Shown: positions 25,936-39,708, counted from the first letter of the stretch. The stretch is 64,000 nt of DNA from Parasitella parasitica NRRL 2501 (GCA_025201805.1 MU619301.1:60343-124342); one strand, 5' to 3'. A program made the numbers and translations. Notes: generated from the sequence alone by a model not told the origin.

Positions 25936-28900
25936 ATGACAGATAGCATTTCAGTACATGCATGGCTGTCTGGCTCATTGGCAGTGATAACATGCTCCAG
26001 TGCTTTTGTGTTATCACTCCAGCGCACATATTTACACAAATCTCAGCAGATAGATCTTGCTCCACTTGTGTTTGACAAAAAGAGAGATACCAGCGTACCT
26101 GTGGCCGACGATTCCAGCCGTCTTTTCCGAATGACATTGGGCACCCTGACGCTCACCTTATTGTCGGCACTGGATTTCTACAACTCTGTCATTGCTCAAA
26201 AACCCTTGGAGTGGCTGATCACAGCATCTGCTTGTGCACGATTTATCGCCTGGCTATATGCTTTGGTTTTGGTGCTCGTTGCTCGTCGCCACCGCTTTCC
26301 CAGCGAATGGGGATGGATCATCAATGTCCACCTGTGTGTCTTTTACGCCATGATTTGGTGCATTGCTGTCTATGATGTGTACGATGTCTACGTATCGAAT
26401 CCCTCCGATAGCTGGATACACATGCTGCCCAATCTTTTAGCCCTGATCTTGGGAACAGACCTTGTGTTCACGACAGCTACTACACCACGCGGTGCGCCCT
26501 TTGTGGACGAAAACGGCAAGCAGGTGGCTTCTATCAATGTAGCCTCCATCTACTCCTTCCTCAACTTTTCGTGGGCCACACCCCTCCTGGATTTGGCGTT
26601 CAAAAACAAGAAATTGACAGACGACGACTTGCCTACTTTACCGGCTCTTTTCCGCGGTCATAACCTGTACTATCTCTTTGGTGCTACAAGAGGCAAAAGT
26701 CTGTTGAAACGCATCTACTTGACCAACAAGCACGCAATCGTCGTCCAGGTGGTGCTCGCCATGGCTACATCGCTGGCTTATTACGTACCCGCCTTCTTTG
26801 TGAATCGTCTGTTAACCCTGATCCAAGACATGAATGGTGTCGAGGACGATGTTTCCATCCGAAGAGGGTTCGTGATTGTTGCCAGTTTGGGTGCAACCAT
26901 TTTGATCCTCGGGCTCTTGGTTGGACAGCTGTGGTATTATGGTAAATTTTGGACTGCTTTCATGCAAAACAGGATAAACTAACAAACAACACACCCGTAC
27001 CGGTAGCTTCATCCTCGGTCCAGGTCAGAGTCAAGGCCATGCTGAATATCGAAATCTACCGCAAGACACTGCGCCGTCGCGATCTCGCAGTGGAGTCACC
27101 CAAACTGGAAGACAATGAAGATGAAGATGACGACGACAGCAAAAAGAAAGACGACGAGGAGACATCCCAGAAAGATGAATCCAAGGAGAAGGAAGATGTC
27201 AGCTCGTCGACAGGCACCATTGTCAATTTGATGAGCACAGATTCGAACCGTATTTCCGAGTTCAGTGTATGGTGGTTCTCTATTTTGGCAGCTCCTACAG
27301 AGTTGGCTGTTGGCATCTACTTTTTGTACAACTTGCTGGGCAAATCTTGTTTCCTGGGGTTGATTGTCATGATTATCGTCCTTCCGTTAAACCACTTTAA
27401 CGCCAAGATGTTTGCAAAGACTCAGGACAAGCTTATGGAGGCCCGCGACAAGCGTGTGTCTTTGATGAACGAGGTACTCCAGGGAATCCGCCAAATCAAG
27501 TTTTTTGCTTGGGAAAAGAACTGGGAAAAGCGAGTGATGGAGTCAAGAAAGGTGGAGCTTCATCATCTGGGCATCACTTATCTCTCAGAGGTAATGTTTA
27601 CTTTGCTGTGGCAAGGGTAAGTTTTCACCAAAATCAAATGCCATCTTTCACAAATTCACTAATTCACTAATTCACTAATTCACTAATTCACTAATTCACT
27701 AATTCACTAATTTTCAAAAAAAAAGGTCGCCCATCTTGGTCACTCTTATCAGCTTCTATTCATTCTGCAAATTGGAAGGAAAAGAACTCACTGCCCCTAT
27801 TGCATTCACGTCAATCACCGTGTTTAATGAATTGAGATTTGCTTTGAACATCTTGCCCGAAGTGTTTATTGAATGGCTCCAAGCATTAATCAGCATCAGA
27901 CGTATCCAAACCTACTTGAACGAGGATGAAATCGAGCCGCCTTCCACAGAAGACGAAATCGATCCTTCTGGTAACCAAATCCCTAAAAATATCGTCATCG
28001 GTTTTGACAATGCCACAATTGGCTGGAGCAAGCAAAACTACGCGGATCGAGAAAGTGATGCGCAGGACACCAGCTCGTCTGAAGCAGCCGGCTTCGTTCT
28101 CAAGGATCTCAACATTGAATTCCCCGCAAACGAGCTCAGTTTAATCAGTGGTGCTACAGGCTGTGGTAAAACGCTGATGATGCTTGGTTTATTAGGGGAA
28201 GCTATTGTTCTGAAAGGTGCTGCTCATTGTCCTCGCCAGGCCGTAGCAGACACTGTTTCTGATGACTTTGTTGCCTCAAAGAATATCGATCCCAAGGATT
28301 GGTTATTACCTTATGCGCTTGCCTATGTTTCGCAAACTGCCTGGCTACAGAACGCTTCCATACGTGACAACATCTTATTTGGCTTGCCTTTTATCGAATC
28401 AAGATACCGTGAAACCCTTACTGCTTGCGCCTTGGACAAGGATCTTGAAATCTTGGAGGACGGTGATCAGACTGAGATCGGCGAAAAGGGCATTACATTA
28501 TCTGGTGGTCAAAAGGCTCGTGTGTCCCTTGCAAGAGCAGTGTACTCTCGTGCGCAAAACGTGCTGATGGACGATGTATTGAGTGCTGTTGATGCGCATA
28601 CGGCCAAGCATATCTATGAAAAGTGTTTGCTGGGTTCGTTGATGAAGAATCGTACGCGCATCTTGATTACCCACCATGTCAAGCTCTGTGTTAAAGCCTC
28701 TGGTTATATCGTTCACATCGATGCAGGTCGTGCTAGTTTAGTTGGCACCCCGAGTGAATTACGTGAAAATGGCCAGCTTGCTTCCATCTTTGAAAGTGAG
28801 CAGGAGGATATTGCTGTAGAAGAGGATGCTCAAGAGGAAAAAGCGATTGAAAGCACCTTGCCTGCTGCTGCTGCTGCTGATGGACTTGCCTCTGATGCTG

Positions 28901-30927
28901 ACAACATTCAAAAGAAGCCTCGTGCTCTTGTTGAAGAAGAAACTCGCGCAACGGGCATGGTCAAGGTCAGACTCTACAAGTTGTATATCAATATGGTCGG
29001 CAGTCCCTTCTTTTGGATGGTAATGGCCATTTTGGTGATCGGCTCTCGTGGACTAGATGTCACTGAAAATTGGTGGATCAAGCAATGGTCTCAGTCCTAT
29101 GAAACAGAGAGTAATGGTACAAACAGCAACAATGTAATGATTCAACAGGGAGCTATTTCTCAGCCAAAGCCCTTTTACGCCTATCGACCTCTAGTTGCCA
29201 TGGAGACTGATACTGATAACTTTCATATTCTGGACAAGGAAGACGATACACTGAACTATTACCTGGGCATCTACTGTTTGATCACGCTTACCAATATCGT
29301 TGTGGGCACAGCTCGTTTTGCTGTTCTGTTTTGGGGCGTTCTTGGCGCCAACAAGCAACTATATGCTGAACTACTGCATCGTGTCTTTAGGGCCCCTCTT
29401 CGTTTCTTTGATACCACACCCATTGGTAGAATCTTGAATCGTTTCTCCAAAGATTTCGAGACAATTGACTCCAGCATTCCCAATGATTTGCTCAATTTTG
29501 TTATTCAATGGGTTATCATCGTATCAAGCATGATTACTGTTTCTACTGTCTTGCCCATCTTTTTGATACCTTTGCTGGCTGTAGCGCTTGTTAATGTGTA
29601 TTTAGGCGCCATGTTTGTATCTGCCTCACGTGAATTGAAACGTATGGACTCTGTTTCTCGATCCCCCTTGTTCAGCAACTTTACTGAAACCATTGTGGGT
29701 GTTGCTACCATCCGTGCTTTTGGAGCTACTCGCCAATTTTTACAAGAGATGTTAAAGCACATTGACACCAACGCTCGTCCTTATTACTATCAATGGTTAA
29801 CTAACCGTTGGGTTTCTACAAGATTTGCCGTTTCTGGTGCCTTTATTAATATGGTTACTGGCATGATCATCTTGTTGAGTGTCGATAAAATCGACGCTTC
29901 TCTCGCCGGCTTCTGTCTCAGTTTTGTCCTGATGTTTACAGATGAGATGTTCTGGGGCATTCGTCGATACACCAGTCTGGAAATGAGCTTTAATGCTGTT
30001 GAGCGTGTAGTTGAATTCATGGAAATGGATCAAGAAGCACCTGCTATTACTGAATTGAGACCACCTCCTGAATGGCCTACAAAAGGTCAAATTGATGTCA
30101 GGAACCTAGAAATCAAATATGCTGCTGATCTCGACCCTGTTCTTAAAGGCATCTCGTTCTCTGTAAAACCTCAGGAAAAGATTGGCGTTGTTGGTAGAAC
30201 TGGTAGCGGTAAATCTACCCTCGCTCTTTCCTTCTTTAGATTTGTTGAAGCTTCACAAGGCTCTATTGTCATTGATAACATTGACATCAAGGATTTGGGT
30301 ACTGAAGACCTTCGCTCTAATTTGACTATCATTCCTCAGGACCCTACCTTGTTCTCTGGTTCTCTACGATCTAATATGGACTCATTTGATCAATTCTCTG
30401 ACGAAGAAATCTTTACCGCTCTACGCCGTGTGCATTTATTGCCCACAGAAGGTGAATCCACCACTGATACTATCTTGTCTGAATCCACTGTAGATGGAGT
30501 CAATGCTAATTTATTCAAGGATCTGTCTACCAATGTTACTGAAGGTGGCAAAAACTTTTCGCAAGGCCAAAGACAATTGCTATGCCTTGCTCGTGCTCTT
30601 TTGAAGCGCAGCCGTCTTGTATTGATGGATGAAGCTACCGCTAGTGTCGATTTTGAGACTGATAAGGCTATTCAAAAGACCATTACGACTGAATTCGCCG
30701 ACTCTACTATCTTGTGTATTGCTCATCGTCTGCATACTGTCATCGAGTACGATCGTATCTTGGTGCTGGATCAAGGACAGATTCTTGAATTTGATAATCC
30801 TTTGACACTGATCACTAATCCAAAGTCTTCCTTTTACAAAATGTGTCGCAACTCTGGTGAATTCGATAGTCTGGTCGCCTTGGCGAAAGTAAAACATGAG
30901 TTGGTAGATGTGTCTTCCTCCTCTTAA
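25936..30927 (+). CDS. ABCC/MRP-type ABC transporter (Ybt1/Bpt1-like)
   Basis: TMD0 plus 2x(TMD-NBD): GATGCGKT, LSGGQKAR, VLMDD; GRTGSGKS, FSQGQRQ, LMDEATAS. Introns ~26942-27006 and 27617-27725. Confidence 0.95.
27653..27712 (+). repeat. (AATTCACT)7 tandem repeat in an ABC transporter intron
   Basis: Seven perfect 8-bp units followed by AATT. Confidence 0.95.
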
Positions 30928-31448
30928 ATATATTGTTATGTGTATAATGCTTTCATGTAGAATAAAATATCTCTCCTTATTAGATTTATCCTTCCTGGAA
31001 TAGTTTGTGCTTTCTCATTGATGAAGTGGAATACAAAATACATTTATGCTACTGGTATCAAGTATCAGCTGTTTATTGTTTCTTGTTATATATTCTCATT
31101 TTAAAATCTTTGTTGAGAACCGTTAATTTTATATGCCATTTTTTATAATGATTGAGGTTTAGTACAAATTCTAAAAAGTGGAACAAGTGCTGGTTTTAAA
31201 GGACTAGCACAGTAACTGATCTTGCAAAGATCATAAATGGAGAGACTAGCCGCCCAACGCCCGCTTTCTTCCATACCTTGGATGATTAATCAAATTCGGA
31301 CCGAACTACATCTTCATTATCCGGTAGAGCTTCTCTCAGCTACTAATTTAGGAAGCTAAATATCCTTTCTTGTCCGGCTGAAACCTATACTTACACTGAG
31401 CTTGAGCTGGCGATCCTGATACGGTCTCTTTTTCCTTCTGAATATACA

Positions 31449-32329
31449 ATGGCTGGTAAATATCCATACAACAAACATCACATAACAACGATCAAGATGA
31501 GCAATTATCGATTTGAGAGAGAACAGAACATATGAATGCCCTTGCTCTTACTTTTTTTGTTTTGTTTTTGGAGAATGGATGATGGAAATTGGATTTTACA
31601 TCATGGATGGATGAGGTTCCGGAAAAGGCCCTTCTTTTTGAGCGATAAAAAAAAAAAAAAAAAAGAAGAAGAAAGTGTCAAAGGGCTATCATATTAAGTT
31701 CTCGACTTTTATCGTTATTCTTTTTGCTCTTGATGATCCTACAAACTTTTCAACAACATGTATTGATTTTTACGTTATTAAATAGCTCCTCAGAACAAGG
31801 CTCTCGCTGCCAAGAAGGCCGCCCTCAAGGGTGTCCATGGTAAGACTGTACGTAAGATCCGTACTTCCACCCATTTCCACATCCCCAAGACTTTGGCTTT
31901 GAAGCGTGCCCCCAAGTACACTCGTAAGTCTATTGCCCATGCTCCTCGCATGGACCAATATCGTGTCATCCGTCAACCTCTCAACACCGAGACTGCCATG
32001 AAGAAGATTGAGGAACATAACACCTTGACCTTCCTCGTTGATGTCAAGGCCAACAAGAACCAGATCAAGGATGCTGTCAAGCGTCTCTATGATGTTGAGG
32101 CTCAACAAGTCAACACCCTCATCAGGTAGGTTTTTTATATTTTGTGATAGACGATGGGTTTTTCGTTAACTGGGTGCGCTATTTAGACCTGATGGTTACA
32201 AGAAGGCTTTCGTTCGCTTGACCGCTGATGTCGATGCTTTAGACGTTGCCAACAAGGTAATTTATGGTGCAAGTAATAAAATGCCATTGCATTACTAACA
32301 ATTCATGTAACTAGATTGGTTTCATCTAA
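31449..32329 (+). CDS. RPL25: 60S ribosomal protein uL23 (L25/L23a)
   Basis: ATGGCTG|long intron 31456-31785; [35 protein letters not shown]|[14 protein letters not shown]|IGFI*. Confidence 0.97.
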
Positions 32330-32663
32330 ACGATTTACAGTCAATGGAAATCCTAGTTTTTTTTTTTATTTAAATAAAACTAAATTCATAATTTGATGTC
32401 TGATTTTCTTTTATGGGAATGTCTGCTTTTAAATCACCTAGTGTCTTTTTTTTTTTCTTCAACACCTGTCAAAATTAGAATGCTCTTTTTCCGATTGACA
32501 AAGTAACCCAAACACGCTCAATGTCACGTATTAAACACTAAATCGAACATGAGCTGCTGTAAATAACAATTGCCTAGTAGTTACATCAAAATAATTTATT
32601 GAATTTTAAATATTTTTGACAAAATTTGATCTTTCTTTTAGAGAAAAAGAAAAGGGGCGCACT

Positions 32664-33161
32664 TTAACGAGTCTTGAAGTCTATGAAAAAAGGAAAAGTT
32701 AGTTGCCATGGATCACAATATGCATTAGGCATTTGAAATAACTTACAATCCAAGAGGACGTTCATGGCCTCGGACTCCTCTCCGAAATCAGTAACAGCAA
32801 CGCAAGAGCAGCCAACGACCTTACGAGCGTTACCTTCACGATCGATCTTGCAGAGACCAGCCCATTCACCGAGCTTCTTGGCATCAGAGACCTTGATCAA
32901 GTTGATGTTGTGCTCGGCACAGAGAGCTTCGACGAGCTTGATGTACTCAGACTCGGTACAAGACTCACAGAGAACAGCCAAATGAGCTTGACGTCTGTCA
33001 AGAGCCTTAACGGCTTCCTTCAAACCACGGGCAAGACCATCGTGAACAAGAGCACGACGGAGGACTTCTTGGAGAGCATCTTCAACAGACATTTGACCAG
33101 AAGTGGCTCCAGTGGCAACTTCGACTTCTTGAGTATCGATAACTTCTTCGTGGTCAGACAT
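32664..33161 (-). CDS. RPS12: 40S ribosomal protein eS12
   Basis: [43 protein letters not shown]; 5'UTR intron 33163-33301; last intron before YFKTR*. Confidence 0.97.
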   Translation of the reverse strand: MSDHEEVIDTQEVEVATGATSGQMSVEDALQEVLRRALVHDGLARGLKEAVKALDRRQAHLAVLCESCTESEYIKLVEALCAEHNINLIKVSDAKKLGEWAGLCKIDREGNARKVVGCSCVAVTDFGEESEAMNVLLDCKLFQMPNAYCDPWQLTFPFFIDFKTR

Positions 33162-33935
33162 ACTAGATTTTGCCCAAACTTTAGTATCCTGGTCTAATTG
33201 ATCCATCTATCAACATCTAATACAATCGATCTATTGTCATAGATGATGGATGTCTCGATTTTTTTTTTGATTTTTTTTTAGACAGAAATTATAATACATA
33301 CTTTGGTTATTCTAAGGGTGTAGAAAAAAGAGAAGGATTTCTAGATGTTCCAATACCCGTTGCCTTGTTCAATTCACTGGTCTTCAATACTTCTCGGAAG
33401 CGAAAAAAAAAAAATTATTATCTACCTGAACCCGGGAAAGCAGGTTCGCACCGGAATCGTCAACTTTTATCAAAAGAAGAAAAAAGATCCAGATCATACG
33501 AAACTTTTGCGTTTTCAATAAGCTTTATTCTTGCTGTTTTAAAAGGACAAAGCAAGATCTTTTGTGAATACATAATTCAAATAATTGACATTACTGCACT
33601 GAAAAAACTGCCTTGTAGGCGGGTTTTGCAGTGATTTTGATTTTTCAAGCTTGCATCTCAAATTTTCATTAGCTGATTAATGTCATTCCCCACGGTGTTG
33701 CCTGAACGACTGTTAGCTATCAAACATATTGCCAATTTGCACAAATTCATTGGGCAGCAAGCAAAGTGAACCTATATATTTCTGCTTGATCACGCATCCT
33801 GTTGAACCACACACGCGTTATACAAATACATTCATAAAGAGATGCAATACATATATGAAACACTTTTATGTGTTGAATAAGAATACCAAAAATGAAATGA
33901 AGAAAATTTTATTTATTTAAAAAATCCCAAGTTAC

Positions 33936-34597
33936 TTAGAACTCAACAGCAGCAGGGAACTCAAAGACAACATCTTTACCAGTGAGCTTCTTGTAGACAG
34001 CAGAGAAAGTATCAATCTTGTATTCAAGAGAAGTGGCGTCCTTGGCGTCAAGGAAGACCTTGAGGGTCTTGGTGCCATCAATCTTTTGACGGAGTCTCTT
34101 ACCAACAATCTCGGTAGGGAAAACGAGATCGTTCAAAATAGCCTCGTGGACGGCAGTCAAGGTACGAGAACGAGGACGGGGTTGCTTAGCGCTGTTGCAA
34201 CGACTAGGGACAGCCAAGATACGACGTTGAGCAACGAAAATGACGTGACGATCAGAGAACTTCTTCTCAAGCTCGCGAGTGAGGCGAGCTTGGATCTTGT
34301 GGAAACCAGCTTGGCTGGGGACAGGAACAAAGATGACAATAGCCTTCTTGCCGGAACCGAGCTCAATCTAATCACGATGTGCATACATGTTAATGGACCT
34401 GTTATCTCCTTATCTCTCCCTCACTTTTACTGCATGCAACGATACATTACCTCCTTGGCAGCAGAAATATGGAGAGCCTTGAGGCCCTTCAAGTCGGGGA
34501 CGTTTGACTCCAAGTCAACGAGAGCTTGAGCAACGGAGAGTTCGAACTCATCAGCAGCTGGGGCACCATTCTGCTTAACAATCTTGTTAGAAGCCAT
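33936..34597 (-). CDS. RPS7: 40S ribosomal protein eS7
   Basis: MASNKIVK.., [47 protein letters not shown]; one coding intron and a probable 5'UTR intron 34603-35050. Confidence 0.97.
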
Positions 34598-35247
34598 CTT
34601 GACTATTTAGTGTATTTTGATGCAAGATTGAGAGAGTGTAAATTTGGTGGTGGTAAATTTGAAAAACATGTGGAAAAAAAAAAGTTAGCAACAAAACTTC
34701 AATATAGATTAACAACGGCTACTCCATAGGCGTAATTAAAAAAAGAGATCAAAATGGACAATAGATTGTGTTGCTAGCTGTTGTTGTTGTTGTTGTTTTT
34801 TTGTAGTTACAGATGATATATGAGATATGATGGATGGATATGATGAAGGATTGATGGCTTCAAATCAGAATAACAGTAGATACACGGATCCATCCAGATT
34901 CCTGTGGTGATTTCGCTTCCATCAATCGAAAAGTAGCGCTGTTCTTGCAAATCCATCAACATCCATTGTCATGGATACTTGTTGTATTGATATCATCCTT
35001 TTTAACCTCTTTCTTTATACGCCTTCATGTTGTGCCAAAACAATACGTACGTGAAAAATAAAGGAAGGATCTCAAGCATTGCTTGATTGACATTTGCTTT
35101 TACCGAATAGATTGTTTCCCGGAAAATGTGGGATTTCAAAAAAAAAAAAAAAAAAAAAAGAAATTCCGGTAAACATTTGAAAAACAGCATTTCTTTCATA
35201 TTAGCCTGATTATTTTTACTTTTTAAATACTTTTGTTAAATATACTA

Positions 35248-37363
35248 TTAAGCAGCAGGAGCGCTGCATCCGATGATAAAGCCTTTGGATAATAACTCAC
35301 TTTCACTCATTGTAGTGACAGAAGGGAGAGTGTCGGGAGATAATAAACATACACGTACAAGTAATCTTCTAAGGCGTTCATGTGAGCTTCTACAGCCAGC
35401 TATTGAAAATGCATGATTTTAGTGCGCTAGTTCTAGTATGCAACATTTCAGGTCACTTACCCATTGCAGCTCTTTCAAAGTAAACTGTTGCTTTTCCAAG
35501 GTCGACTGGACAACCCAGCCCCTTTTCATAGCAGTTGGCTAAATGAAATTGACCAGCAACATGATTCTGCTTCGCTGAGCGCTCAAACAAGATGAAAGCT
35601 AATTCTAGATTTTGCGCAACACCAATGCCACTCTGTAAATGAACACCCAGCTTATCCTGAGCTCTTGCGTGGTTTTGCTCACTTGCTTTGCGATACCAAA
35701 CAACAGCCCTTGTTGCATTCTGTCGAACGCCGATTCCATTTGCATAGCAGAAGCCCAGGTTGCATTGCGCCCAGGCGTTATTTTGCTTTGCTGCTTTCAT
35801 GTACCAGTAAGCTGCCTTTTGAGGATTCTTTTTGACACCCATGCCCTCTTCGTAGCAGAATCCCAACGAGTTTTGTCCAACGGCGTTTCCTTGCAGAGCC
35901 GACAAACGGAACCATTTGCAAGCCTCCTTTTCGTTTTTCTCTACGCCAATGCCATTACGATAGCAATAACCAAGGGACAACTGAGCAGGAGCATGGTTGT
36001 GCTCAGCTGATAACATGTAGTAATAGACTGCCTCAGGCTCATTCACTTCAACGCCAACGCCGTTTTGATAACAGTAGCCTAATGAATGGAATGCAAATAT
36101 ATTGCCCAGTTCAGCGCTTTTTCGAAACCATTCAATCGCTTTTTTGACACTCTTTTCGATACCAATGCCATTCTGGTAGCAAAATCCAAGGTTGTGCTGT
36201 GCGCGAGCATGTCCTTGAACAGCGGCTTTTCGGTAGTATTCGACGCTCATCGCAGCGTCTTTGGGGACACCAATTCCGTTCTGATAGCAGTAGCCCAAGT
36301 TGCATTGTGCCCATGGATAGCCCTGATCTGCAGATCGCTTGTACCAGATTGCAGCTAGATCTTGGTTTTCTTCTACTCCAATGCCGTCTTCGTAGCAGTA
36401 ACCTAACGAATTTTGAGCAAATGCATTGTCTTGTTCCGCAGCCAATTGATAATATTTAACTGCCTCCTTCATGTTCTTCTCGACGCCAATACCGTCTTCG
36501 TAGCAGTAGCCGATATTATAAATAGCAACAGTTTCCCCCTGTGATGCAGCCAGTCGGTAATATCTCATTGCTTCAGCCTCGTTTTTCCCTACACCAAATC
36601 CTTCGCCGTAGCAGTAGCCTAGTATGCCTTGTCCACGACAGTTGCCTTGATCAGCGCTAGCTTTATACCAGTAGAAGGCCAGCTTTTCGCTCTTTTTCAC
36701 AGCTAACCCATCATGGTAGCAGACGCCCAGACAATACTGGCTTGCAGAGCACTTGTCGTCGGTAGCTGCACGTTGAACCCATGCAATCGATTTCAGACCG
36801 CCCAATTCTAACTGGGATTCCCATTTATGGGCTTCTATGCGGTCAATGTACACTCCTGGTCTCCCGTACTTGCGCAGGAATGCCAGTCGAGAAATCGCAA
36901 GTAACGCTCGCTCGTCGCTGGTGCCGTTTTTCAGGTCGGACGGGAGGGCCGAGATGTAATGCTGCTCTGCTGATTTGAAGCTCCTGGTGACACCAAATCC
37001 AAATTCATAACAGAATCCAAGGATGGCATGAGCGCTTTGGTTGTAATGTGTGGCTTTTGCAAGTAGTTTAATCGTGAGCTTGTAGTCTTTCTGGAAGCCG
37101 TTTCGGCCAAATAGATAGTTTTCTGCTTGGTCGATCAGTTTCATGCTGTTTGTCAATTGACCTTGTGTCGGTCTTGTCGCTGAGGTAGCAGCTGTTGCGG
37201 TGTGCTGTTGGGGGTATATATCGTGGCCGCTCTCGATTGAATTGGAGCGCTTTTGCGGTGTGTTGTTGGCTGCGATTTTGCCAAATATGTTTCGTGAGTA
37301 ATGCATTAATTGCTGTATTAGAGGCAGGTTGTTGGACGTAGAATTGGCTGATGAGGATGACAT
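35248..37363 (-). CDS. Sel1-like repeat (SLR/TPR) protein
   Basis: About 12-13 tandem AQxxLGxCYxxGxGVxKxxxxAxxWYxxAAxQG repeats; GTAAGT intron at ~35402-35460, then a last exon ending CSAPAA*. Confidence 0.9.
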
Positions 37364-39399
37364 GATTGCGAGTGTGTTGATCCAAGAAAGAATAACAAAC
37401 GCTTATATTTATTCTTAGTAGGATTGTTGCCAGCGCAAAGTTAAGTGTATTCAAAAGAAAGAAAGGGAAAAGGAACAGGAACTAAACTAGATTATAGCGA
37501 AAAAGCTGTTTGTATTATAAATAGTTTAATAGAATCATATATACAAACACACACAACAAACTGTATGCAAGGTCATCCCAACCTGGATAACCCCACTAAA
37601 CCGTATTATACAGTCTCCTCTTCCTCTTGCTATTCTCCTTTCTTCCCCTTCGATATCGCTCTTTGGACAAAGAATGACTTTTTCTGCGTCATATGGCTTT
37701 CTTGTCCCTGACGCAAGTGTAACAAACAGACAATGGAATCGTATATACACCATGGTCCACAAGAAGCGAACCTGCCAATGCATCACACAACATGTATAAA
37801 AACTACTCTATACAATCAATTTACACAACACATGCCCCCATTTTGATCTTGCAATAAACTGCCCTCCCCCTTTTTTAATGGGCTGTTTGTTTTCTTACAA
37901 ACCACCGCTGCCGCTGCTTCTGCTGCTGCTGTTGCTTTTGCTGCTGCATTTAGCCTTCTCCCCCCCCCCCCTTTTTTTTTCGCATAATTAATAGTGTAAC
38001 TGATTTATCATTATAGAGTTTCCCTCCTTTTTAGGTTTGATGGATATGTGTATCATTATCATTGTATTCTTAGCATTTGTAAATAAAACAAAAGCAGCAG
38101 CAGATGGATTTACATCTCTCAGAGTAGTGCAGCTGTTATTTACATGATAATAATGGTTTTATATCGGAACAAACTGGTCCGAGATCATCTCACCTTCTGC
38201 TCAAATGGGATAAATGACAACAGATATGGAGATCATCCATCGGCGCTACTCTTTATACCCCATCCCCAGGTTGAATACGGTATTTCATGTATCGCTTCTT
38301 TTTCTCATCTCCTAACCAATTTCTTTGTTCTTTGTGGCTCCCTTTTTAATAAAGATATGATATATCGTCAGGGAAAAAGTCAGGGGTAATAAGCCAATTG
38401 AGCAGAGCTTTTCTAGATTTTCCCTCGTATCGTTGTTTCTTATGCATGAATGGTTCCGTGTAACAGTTCCCCTTCCATGCTGTATATATATATAATACTA
38501 TCACCCTCAGTACGAATATAATGGTAGCATTACGCTAGACACTAAATGTTTTGATTTCTACTATTAATCCGCAAATGAGGGTCGTGCGTTTTTATTGTGG
38601 TATATACTCTCACTTTTTTTTTTTTTTTTTGGTTTTTTAATATCTGCACCCCAAGTATGTATGTATGTATGATACATGATGTGTTGCTGTGTTGTATCTT
38701 GCTGTCATGACCTGACACTTTTGAAACTTTCTCTTGTTCAAATGACTCTTTTTATCTTACATACGTTTTCACCATACATCAATGTCCATATTTTTGAGCC
38801 AACAGTAGTTGTTTTGCAATAATCTACGCCATCAATAATTTCATACTCAAGCTATTACGTATGTACATGGAACAAAGTGAGCACATTTTGCGTTCATCTC
38901 TATAGCAATCGACATCGTGCGGAAACAACATGAGCTCTGTTTCATTGTTGTTGACAACATGTGCAGGATATTAATATCATTTCTGATGTCAGTTTGCCAA
39001 CTATTTTGCTTTTTTTTTTAAACTATTACGTATAACTCAATTATACATAAACACGCACATACGAAAACCGGCGGCAAAATGCATAAAAATGCTCCAAGGC
39101 TTATATGATATCTGATTACAGATCCATCAGCAAGAAGTTTCAGAAATGTTCTGGATCTCTCCGAGTAATGTTAGAATGTTGTAAATCAACATTTAATGGC
39201 GAGACTTTTGGTCACTTGCAGCTTTTGAAAGTATACCAAGCGATCGCTCTGTGGTCTTTTCAATTCATCTTTGTCAAAATTGGGTCGAATAATGAAGCTT
39301 CTTATTATAGCATTTGTTAAATTAAACAAAGCACAAAGGGTCTTCTTCAGTCTGGTTATTTTGTTTGCTTAAAAACCGTGCTCTTGGTTTTTGATAGAA

Positions 39400-39467
<68 letters not shown>

Positions 39468-39708
39468 CACAACGCAGATAAAGGCTTTTTTTAATCCTCT
39501 ATCCAAACAAGTAGATTGCATGAAGATGATAGATTTGCACACGGCTACATAAATCGAGACCACAATGTAATAAACCCCCCCCCCAGTGCACAGTTGATGT
39601 CTTACTTTATATACAGTTAGTATTATTGAAGATAGAATGACGATGGATTAAATTAAACAAATAGTAGCACAAATAGCATTACAACAAGCGACGAAAAGGG
39701 AAAATCGA

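Noticed and set aside
28560-28580. Degenerate Walker B (VLMDD) in ABC NBD1
   Set aside because: Normal asymmetry of ABCC transporters; not novel.
31360-31369. ATATCCTTTC, a U12 AT-AC donor consensus upstream of RPL25
   Set aside because: No TCCTTAAC branch site or plausible exon; the same 8-mer also occurs at ~52462, as expected by chance.
34830-34930. C/D box snoRNA in the RPS7 or RPL25 introns
   Set aside because: No properly placed RUGAUGA/CUGA pair on the sense strand and no convincing rRNA antisense element (only about 8 nt).
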